From positions 5,569,200-5,633,199 of the forward strand of contig OZ199840.1 in NCBI GenBank assembly GCA_964304625.1: a DNA stretch of 64,000 bases. Reading direction: 5' to 3'. Below the pieces are notes generated by a model. That model saw only the letters and a program-made list of their open reading frames with translations. It made no database searches and was not told where the DNA came from. Both the position numbers and the translations under genes were made by a program. Within the stretch, counting starts at the first letter, position 1. Every line of letters starts with the position of its first letter. Positions 54,422-64,000 of the stretch are shown piece by piece. This DNA comes from Kudoa neothunni (lineage: Eukaryota > Animalia > Cnidaria).

Positions 54422-55887
54422 TCAAAGTTCAGCCAAAAACCGAACCGATCTTTAACCTTATGCTTTTATTGGGATATTGAAAAATGTTTATTTTACTTAA
54501 ATAGTTAATATAATTTTTATAAGTTTTTAGATATAAATATGATAAACTATTTCTATATTAAGCATCGTGTGAACTAGCTCATTGGTATTACTTTATTAAA
54601 GTTAAATATTGTTAAATTATTGGACCGATATAAATAATATTCTCTTGTTTTTAAAAATAGAGTAAAATACATTTGATCATCATTATTGGTAGGTGCGCTT
54701 TATGGGTCAGCATAACACAAAGTTAAGTCATCGGAATATATAAATATGAAACTTTAATTTTAATGGAAAAATTAAACCTAGTGAATCCTTTGATTCAAAA
54801 ATATAACATTTTATGCAAGGATATAACGTTTCATAAGTTTTACCGTAAAAACCTTGATGTTATCCATTTCTGAATAGGGTCTTCCTACATATTCTTCAAT
54901 CCAACATAATTTTTAGATATATTTATCATTGAAATGTTATTTATAATGTTGAATTTAATGATATACCAACTTAATGTAAATTTATAAAACACGCGATGCT
55001 AATCTGCCAAGCCAATAATCACTGTCTTAATAAATTTTTTCTGGATGATTACTTACTTATTAAATATGAGTAATATATATTTAATGAATTGAGTAATTTT
55101 ATGAAATATATTTTTCCTGTAGTTATATGAATATGTTTTATGTGAATGTATTGAAAATATAAAAATTGGTTGAAAATTACTCATTAATCATTTTTTACTA
55201 ATCGCAAGAAAGAAATGATAGTTGTATTTTAAGTATTTTTTTTGTCTTTTATTTTTATATAATATGTATCGAATAGATGTGATAATACATTTTTATTATC
55301 ATTTAATTAATAAATACTCAATAAATTTTGTTTAAAAATTATTTATAAACATAATTTGAATGCGTTTATTAGTTTTTGTAGTCCTTAAACTTAATTTCCT
55401 CGAATTTGTTGAATATCTTTTTATTGAAACTGCGTATTGTCGGGTTTTTTATAAAATATATTTTAAGTATGCAAGCTACTCTAGGTTCGTATAGATGTAG
55501 TTTTTTAGAATATTTTATGCAAATATTAATAAAGTACATATTTGAGGTATAGCTATAACATAAATTAGTTATAAGTAATTATTGAAATAACCGTTTTTAA
55601 ATACCTATGAAAAATAATCAAAATTTATTTTGTTATTTCTGTGTTATTATATGTGTAAGAAAAAGTTTTTGAGCAAAAATTTTGTTGATTTGTACAGAAG
55701 TTGAATAGATTAAATGAATGGGTAGCTTCGGAATAACCTTTTAAAACCTATTCTCCAATGCGAACTAACTGATGATTCATTTAATGAATGTATGGACCAA
55801 GATAAATAGAAACGAGTATTTCTAATAACCAGAACACCATACATTTATTATAATATGGATTTTGGTTCTGATTAGACTTTAGATACG

Positions 55888-57157
55888 ATGAATCGTTTAT
55901 CAGTTATTTTTTTCCTGCAACTTTTGTGTCGCAATATCACCACATGTATAAAATGGTGACTAATATACAAATTTCTGATATTCTTTTAGTCAAAGCGTTT
56001 GATTCTTATAAAATGGACTCTGGTGAATTCCCCTTTCAAGAGAATGGTGACACTGTTGTTACAAAAATTCTTACTAGATTCTACGTGAAGGAAAATGGCA
56101 CTTGCGCAAAGTTTTACTATAAAGGAAGTGGTGGTAATTCCAATAACTTTGGTACTGAACATGAATGCCTGGATCATTGTAAATAATATTAACTTTGATA
56201 GATACTTATTTCTTATTTTAGTAAAAGACCTTAGTAAATGGGAAACACTCCAAGGCTGCAAGGAGGGATATATTGCGGAAGGTCCATGCACCAAAACAGG
56301 TGTCACTAAATGGGGTTTTGTCGCCAGCGCAAGCACCTGTACATCATTTACCTACGGAGGTTGTGGTGGTAACAATAATCGGTTTAATTCTGATGACGAT
56401 TGTAAAAAAGCATGTGAAGGTAATCTTATTATGAATCAGGATTATTTATCTTTAATTTAGTGGATGAAAAAAAATCCCCCAATGAATATGATTGTGATCT
56501 TCCGCCAAAATACCCCGAAAGTGACGAGGTTAAAATTGCAATAGTGAGATCACAAGAAACGGCAACTAAAAAATGTCACTACGCTATTGTTGACAAGTCG
56601 GAAACCAGAGGAATATTCCCCTCTTTCAGCAAGTGTCTCGATACTTGCTATAGTAATTTTTATAATTATGCATATAATTTTAAAAAATAGAAGCGGGCGA
56701 GTTGATTGAGGCATGCAGAAGCGAAACACCACATCAAGAAAGTACAGGCTCTAATGTAGTTGTGAAGTTTTATTATGATAAAACTACAAAATCTTGTTTG
56801 ACATTCCTTACAAAAGAAAGCAGTTCAACATTTGACCAAGCTAAAAATCGTTTCAATACAGAAGAAGAATGCATGAGCTACTGCCCAGTTGCTGAAGGTA
56901 AAAATATCAAAAAATTTTAAAATATTAATTAAAAATCAGATAAAATAAAAGAGATGACTTATCATGTATCAAAGAATATTTGCAACCTAACAAAGGCTCC
57001 CGAACAAACAGGATCATTGACAGGGGTTAATAAATGGTACCACTCTAAAGGCGATTCCACTTCAACGTGTACAAGCACAACTCATGGAGGAGTTGGAGAT
57101 ATTACTAGCTTCTTTGATTCAGAGGCTGAATGCAATGATTTGTGTGGAAGCTCATAA
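55888..57157 (+). CDS. Secreted protein with five Kunitz/BPTI domains (6 exons)
   Basis: Signal-like exon MNRLSVIFFLQLLCRNITT, then one domain per phase-1 exon. Kunitz signatures FYYKGSGGNSNNF, FTYGGCGGNNNRF..DDC...C and NRFNTEEECMSYC. Confidence 0.88.
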
Positions 57158-57418
57158 TAAGCTATATTAATTGTTAACGTTTGTGATGTTTTTTATTATT
57201 TAAAAATATTATGAAAGGCTATATTAATATTTTACATCTATTGAAAATTCTTTGGCGTTTAAAACGTTAATAAATATATTAATAAAAAGTGTTATTATGA
57301 ATTTTATTGTCACATTATATGCATTCATATAAGTTTTAATATATTCAAAAATATAAATAAGCCACTAGCTTCATTATCATTTAGATTGACGAACTTAGAT
57401 TACTTAATAATTTTAATA

Positions 57419-58655
57419 CAATTGGTGACGGGTAATACGCACTTTTACTTTTTCATATAGAATTTACTACTTGTTGGACACATTACTTAGGTTGACGTTT
57501 ATGAATTTAATAGAGATTTTACACCTTAAAGATAATTCACAGACGAAAAATAAATAAAATATTGTAATTTAAACGCATTGTTGGGTAATACGCATCATTT
57601 TCCCTGAAACTGACCTTAAAATCGCCCACAGGTACTATTAGATTTTTATGTATAGTTGATAGAAATCTTCATAATATGCTTATAGTAAATAAAAAATACA
57701 AAGCAATAAAATATTTGAAGTTAATATAAAAAACTTAATGTCACACCATAAAAAATTATGTTGTTATATTTATATTAATTTTAAATATTAACCTATCCAT
57801 GAAATTAAAAATTATGGAGTTATCCGAAAATGGAACTGTAAATATTAAACAACTGAATAAACAATGAATCCGACAAAAAATCTGCGAACAGATTAATTGA
57901 ATAAGGTCAAATATTTCAGAGTTATTCCTCATAGAAAATTATTTTTAATCAAAATTTAATTGTGAAGAAGATTATGTAAAATGTTTATGATATTTCTACG
58001 GTTGGTTTAAAGGTTTTAAAGAACAGTTTAATCTGCGTAGGTTAAACTTTTATAGTGATCCGAAAATCGTTGGTGAATGAACGCCTAAAAATCACTCTAA
58101 AAATTTATAAACTCGAGATGAGGTTGAAATTTAACTAAGACAAATCATGAATCAATTTTGTTGCAATTTTCTGTACAGGAAATATTAAAAGTAGAGAAAG
58201 AAGTCTTTTTTGTTGAACAGTATGATTTTCAATCACATAAAAAATATTACATATCGAAACGAAGACGATGAAAAAAATAACTAAATTCTCCAGTTATCCA
58301 AGAGATATTAGTGTATCCTATTTGGAACCAGTTGATTAATAAATATTTAAATCACAACAACCATTTAAATGCCTTAAATGTGTAATGGGATTTAAAATAG
58401 AAAATGGTTCTATTTATTTCTAAAAGTACATTTGAAAACTAGGAGATGATTTGTATAACGTATACATGGAGTGCAACAAACAAGTTAGATTGATAGATGT
58501 TTTCTAAAGTAAATTATTACAAATATATTCAAAAATAATTTAATTTTGAATATATGCATGCGCTCCAAAAAGTGCGAATTACCCATCGTTGCTGGCTAAT
58601 TCGCACTTTTTCTCCGGTCTTGAAGGAATTACATATTACCCGTCACCCCACTGTG
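57419..58655. mobile_element. TIR DNA transposon remnant (superfamily uncertain, possibly Transib)
   Basis: Inverted GGTGACGGGTAATA at both ends. Right end reads CACAGTGGGGTGACGGG on the minus strand. Subterminal GGGTAAT(A/T)CGCA repeats near both ends. Confidence 0.6.
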
Positions 58656-59416
58656 TACCTGCATATAATCAACATCACCTTTGATTTCATAATCGCTCAT
58701 TGAGCAGTGAATCTAAATGTTGAATAATGAAATATCCACAGAGTTAATGATTTTGAGTTTATTATTTAATTTAACAAAATTATATTCACAGAAAAAAAAC
58801 TTGTATTAATTTCGTAAAATATTAAATTTCAAAGTTTAATAAAAATATAATAAACGATTAATATTCGAAACGTATTATATTCTAATTAGAATAAAGAATA
58901 CAGAAAATTTTGGCTGATATTTGGTCTAAGCCCCCCTAGTCCACAATAAAATAGTGCTTATATTTATTATAAAAACAAATTTTATACAAAACGCAACAAA
59001 AAGACTAGTAATACAGCTATTCCAGGATTTTTGTTAGAATATTTAATTTTTGTAAGTAGCCCTAAACATCTAACAGAATTGGAGATACGTGCAGTCCACA
59101 TCGTACAGAGTAAAAATCCGGTAAATAGAGCATAAAATTTTGGAGAAAATGTTTAAAAATATTCTCAAACTTGTTGAAGTATTTAGAAATATCCTAAATA
59201 TGGTAACGCTACTTAGGTAGCACTAATTTTAGTCATTAGGATTGTGGAATTGATGGTGGGGCTCAATGCGAGTAGCATACACACCTAGCTTATCTACTTC
59301 CGAAATCAAATTTATTAAATTTTCTTTACTCCTACCTTAGAGGGCTATTTAAAGTATCACACGAAACATTTTCAACGTTAATGTAAGTAAATAACAATTT
59401 TCACAGCTACTAATAA

Positions 59417-60259
59417 CCCCCGAAGGACTGAATTAAAAAAAACTAAAGCGAGTAACCAACAAGAGTCATTTTTGACCCCAGGACTTTTTTATTTTTTAAA
59501 CAGTTATATTCTATTAGTTCGTCTAGTTATTATACTTATTGTATGTATTAAATAAAAATTAGGTGATGGGATTTCTATCACTGCTAAGTTACCATTAAAT
59601 GCTTGGATCGCGCTATAAAACATTATCCATATTATTTGTGTATTAATGGATATAATGTCTTAAATAGATAGATATCACTATGTTATAACTTATAACATTA
59701 TCAAGGAGATAAATATAATAATAGAACATCTAATCGAATTTCAATGTGAACTTTAAGCATGAAACCCCAAGCATTCGATGATTACAATCTCCGGTGCGGC
59801 TCGATAATACGTGTATGTATTGTAAATTATAATTTGATCTTTGATAATTAAACAAGGAGCGCTCTTCCCAACAAACTTAAAATTATTCAGATGTGGAGAC
59901 TAAACTATAAAGATATTTTTAGCAAACAATAAATATATTTTAAGGTTAATGACGGATTTTGTTGAGTGCCATTTTGATTTAAGGGAAAAATGCATTTATT
60001 ACGCTTCTTTATAATATTTGTTATTTTTATACCAATTTGCAACAACTACATTTAAATGAAGTAGCGAGCACATCGCTCATTAAAAGTAAAATATTTAAAT
60101 CAGTAAATACACATTTTTCTTCATAACTTTATAATTATCAATTACAGACCATAATTAAGGAATTCAGAATTTTGTAGCCCTCCCATTTAATTCAATATGC
60201 GTAAAAAGTCAATCTACCGAAATTGGGGTCATAAATGACCTCAGTTGGTCCAACGAGGG
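59417..60259. mobile_element. piggyBac-like MITE (uninterrupted)
   Basis: Termini ATAA-CCCCCGAAGGAC and GTCCAACGAGGG-TTAA. Subterminal GAGTCATTTTTGACCCC and GGGGTCATAAATGACCTC. Confidence 0.65.
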
Positions 60260-60798
60260 TTAAAGTATCCTTATGTCAGTGGACATTACACGTGTTTTAC
60301 AGCACAGTTGACACAAATAAAATTGTCAAGTTAAGAATTCAAATTTTAAAACGTCTTAGATAATCTTGATACAAGTCCAATATCAGATTCATTAAGGAAT
60401 TGAAACAAAAATTCCAAATTTCGTCGATATTATAATCGCATAATGTGATTGTTTCGACAACGATCGTAGCGGTTCGTTTAACAACGCATTATTTTTCTGA
60501 ACCAATTTCACATCCATTTAATTCTCTATTAAACCAAATCTCTGATAGTGATATGTGACCAACAATACCATTAAACGATATATCTTTCGTTGTTGATTGA
60601 AGAAAATTCTTTTACACTCGATAAAATCACTCAAATCACACATCGGTGAAAATATTAAAATAATAGACTATTAAAAATTCAACATGGCAGATATATGATT
60701 GAATAATTATTGTAAACAGTGTTGAAATACAACGGTTTATTGTTGTCGGTAATCATCGTTTGACGGAGTATAGCGATTCACGTGCATCGTCTTTGGCA

Positions 60799-62213
60799 AT
60801 GGTGAGTTACTGATGGTTCAAAATGTTCCTAATCAACTGTCATTATAGTCTCACAGAAAATTTTCCAAACCAAGACATGGCAGTTTGGGTTTCCTTCCCA
60901 AGAAGCGATGCAAAAAAGTACGAGGAAGAATTAGATCATTCCCTAAAGATGATGCTTCTATGCCTCCACATCTAACTGCTTTCATTGGATACAAGGTTGG
61001 TATGACTCATATTGTTCGTGAGGTCGACAGAGTTGGATCTAGTAATTATTTTTTGCATGCCTAGTAAGCTGAATATTGTTGTAGAATTGCACAGAAAAGA
61101 GGCATTGGAAGCTGTGACCGTTATCGAAACCCCACCCATGGTTGCCGTTGGTATTGTTGGTTATATTGAAACCCCACATGGTTTGAGACAACTTACCACT
61201 GTTTGGGCTCAACATTTGAGCGAAGAATGCCGCAGACGTTTTATCAAGAATTGGTACACCTCAAAGAAGAGAGCTTTTGTACATGCGTGTAAAAAATGGT
61301 CAGATGCCGAAGGACACAAGACTATCGAGGCCAATATTGCTCATATTGCCAAACGTTGCACTGTTGTTCGTCTTCTTGCACACACTCAAGTAGATTGATC
61401 TGACACTTAAATATTTGATGCTAACCAACTGCATTTGTAGCCATCCAAAGTTGAACTTGGTTCCAAACGAGCCGAAATTATGGAGATTCAAATCAATGGA
61501 GGTACCGTTGAAGCCAAAGTCGAATTTGCCAAATCACTTCTCGAAAAAACTATTCCAGTCGGCAAAGTGTTCAACCACAGCGAGATGATTGATACTATCT
61601 CTATCACACACGGTCATGGTTTCAAGGGTGTTACTTATAGATGGGGAACCACTAAACTACCCAGAAAGACCAGAAAGGGTCTCCGAAAGGTTGCCTGTAT
61701 TGGAGCGTGGCATCCTTCACGTGTCATGTGGAGTGTTGCTCGTGCTGGTCAATGTGGTTTCCATCATAGAACTGAGATGCACAAAAAGATCTTCAGACTC
61801 GGAAGAGGTTATCATGAAGAAGATGGCAAAATTGTCTGCAGCAACGCCAAAACCGAGTACGATATCACCGAAAAATCAATCAATCCAATGGTATTTTTCA
61901 TTTTTTCTCTCTGATAGATTATCTTATGATGTGTGTGCTGTCATTATAGGGTGGTTTCAAACATTACGGTCTCGTGAAAGAAGACTTTGTGATGATCAAA
62001 GGTTCCTGCCCAGGAGTTAGAAAGCGTGCCGTTGTCCTGAGAAAAACCATCTATCCTCAAACCACGAGAGTTGCTCAAGAACAAGTCTCCCTCAAATTCA
62101 TCGATACCTCGTCCAAAATGGGCAATGGTAGATTCCAAACTCAAGCCGAGAAGACTGCTTTCATGGGTCTCTTGAAGCATCAACGTGAAGTGGAGATTGT
62201 TGCAAAAGTCTGA
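60799..62213 (+). CDS. RPL3: 60S ribosomal protein L3 (uL3), 5 exons
   Basis: Exons 60799-60801, 60849-61041, 61085-61389, 61441-61890 and 61950-62213. Motifs M|[30 protein letters not shown] and [16 protein letters not shown]. Confidence 0.98.
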
Positions 62214-64000
62214 ACAGTGTGTTGTTACTAAGTTGATCCGTTAATAGTAGACTCTTTGACTATAGATAAAACTCGTTTTTTTGCGTGCTGTTAAATTGAA
62301 TTCATGTGACGTTAACGAAAAGAAGATTTATCCTTTATTAATTTTGTATAAAGATATATAATATTATTTTACAGCAGAATGCGCATCAAATGGATGAATA
62401 AAATTTTTAATTAATTTTGATTGTATTGTCCGCGTTTTTCGTACATTTCGAATCCCTGTGGAGGATACGAACGAGTAGTCACCCACTGTATTTCGTTCGG
62501 CGCATTATAGCTGGTAGAATTTTATCACCTCTAATTAACTTACCCTTCTTGTCCTGGGCGAGTATTTCGTGCCTCATAGTTACTGTTTTTCTCCTAATAT
62601 TAAACGTGCTCTTTTTATTTTCGCCATAACACACAAATAATTTTAAGTTCTAAAGTAGAGATTTGACACTTTTTGGTTCATATGATACCATTTTTCTCGG
62701 AATTCTATCGGCATAAATTTCTCAAAATTTTTATTTATTTTCAAATATTACTTATTAACAATCGTAAAATATAAACCTATGGTTTTAAAGTCACCAATTT
62801 CGTTGAAATTTAGCAATTTTTATGATCTTAGAGAGTTGAGGATCGGTGAAATCAGATTTATATTGTCACAAAACAACCTATGTATTTTCAGATACTACAA
62901 ACATTGTAATAAATTCTATTATTTTTAATGTATTTTGATAATATTTTACAAACGTCATACAGTTTATCCAAAAATCATTTTATTAATGTTTAAATATTAG
63001 AAAATAAAAAATGAATGGTCGATATGTTCGGTTGTCATTGGTTCATAGGTAAATTAGAATTTTTTCGTTATTGGAACGGTAAAAACTTTTCTAAGTAACA
63101 TAAATGTATTTCATTTAATTATGAATCAAAATAAGCAATGAGAATGTGGGATACTTCCGGAACACAAAACTGCTTTATGTTAAGCAGGAAATCCAAACCT
63201 ACCTTGTGGTTTTACCCAAGATCTCGCGATTTTTCTACTAAGTTTGGGTTCTTGGGGGTTTTTGTTTATTTACAAAATTTGCAGATTATTGAATTCTTTG
63301 AGATCAATTTATAAATTGTGTCTTAGAATTAGGTAGAATAATCAAATTTATTGTTTTAGTAATGGAGAAAATTAGATAATCACGGAGTGTGTGGCTCCAA
63401 AATTTAACAGGGCTGCACATGCCACCCACATTTTCAACTTAATTCAATATTAACTCAGCACAATTTTTAAATATTGAGTGATGAGGAAACAATATCAAAA
63501 ATTATTAAATAATATCCTCACATTTTACTAGTCGTGGCCATTCGGATGTGTCATGAAAATAGATTACGAACTCGGGGCAAGATTACCTAATCGCTTTAAT
63601 CTTATTTTTGAATGCTTGTTTAACTGATTTGTCGTAAAAACTTCGATTTTAATTTTCTTTGTTGCATCAAGTTTACTGTTTTTGATTTAAATAGTATTAA
63701 ACTACATATTTTAATAGTATTCATGGATTTTATTGTAAAAATGAACGAGTTCTTACAATCAATTGTTCACTTGTTAATTTTATGCATATGTTTTGCAATA
63801 CTTTCTTTAAATTCAGTTAACGTATGTCGATGAGAATCTTTTAGTTTATATATTTTTTAAATAGTATTTGTTTTTAATTCTAACAAAGTACGCAAAATCT
63901 AACAAAAACAAATTATTTCCTATTTAAGCTCAGTTTTTATAAAAGCTGTTTAGACAATAGAAAATTATTGGGACGTTTTATTGATTTTTTTATGAACAAA

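Noticed and set aside
60802-61949. Intronic snoRNAs in RPL3 (common in animals)
   Set aside because: The introns are only 43-59 nt and lack properly ordered C/D or H/ACA boxes.

Overview
AT-rich eukaryotic (animal-type) nuclear DNA with compact genes broken by many ~35-65 nt GT-AG introns, separated by spacers full of decayed DNA transposons. The combination suggests a genome-reduced, fast-evolving parasite such as a myxozoan cnidarian; this is inference only. Genes recognisable after manual splicing: two tandem, very divergent annexin-like paralogues; PP2A catalytic subunit; a Glo3-type ArfGAP (ArfGAP2/3); a secreted FN3-like protein; CTR9; a mucolipin (TRPML) head-to-head with a LAMTOR5-like gene that the ORF track misses; PRP40; a secreted five-Kunitz-domain protein; and RPL3. 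Mobile DNA includes piggyBac, Merlin/IS1595-like, hAT (Buster-type), Tc1/IS630 and pogo-like remnants and MITEs. The most notable observations are: hAT elements inserted repeatedly at the same offset inside piggyBac-like termini; a Merlin transposase with three 38-39 nt spliceosomal introns; pairwise disulfide loss in four of five Kunitz domains; annexins with no recognisable Ca2+ loop in the resolved repeats; the TRPML/LAMTOR5 divergent pair; and an unassigned structured-RNA candidate downstream of PP2A. No prokaryotic-type systems (CRISPR, operons), tRNA or rRNA were seen. All family calls come from reading motifs by eye and have not been checked by database search.
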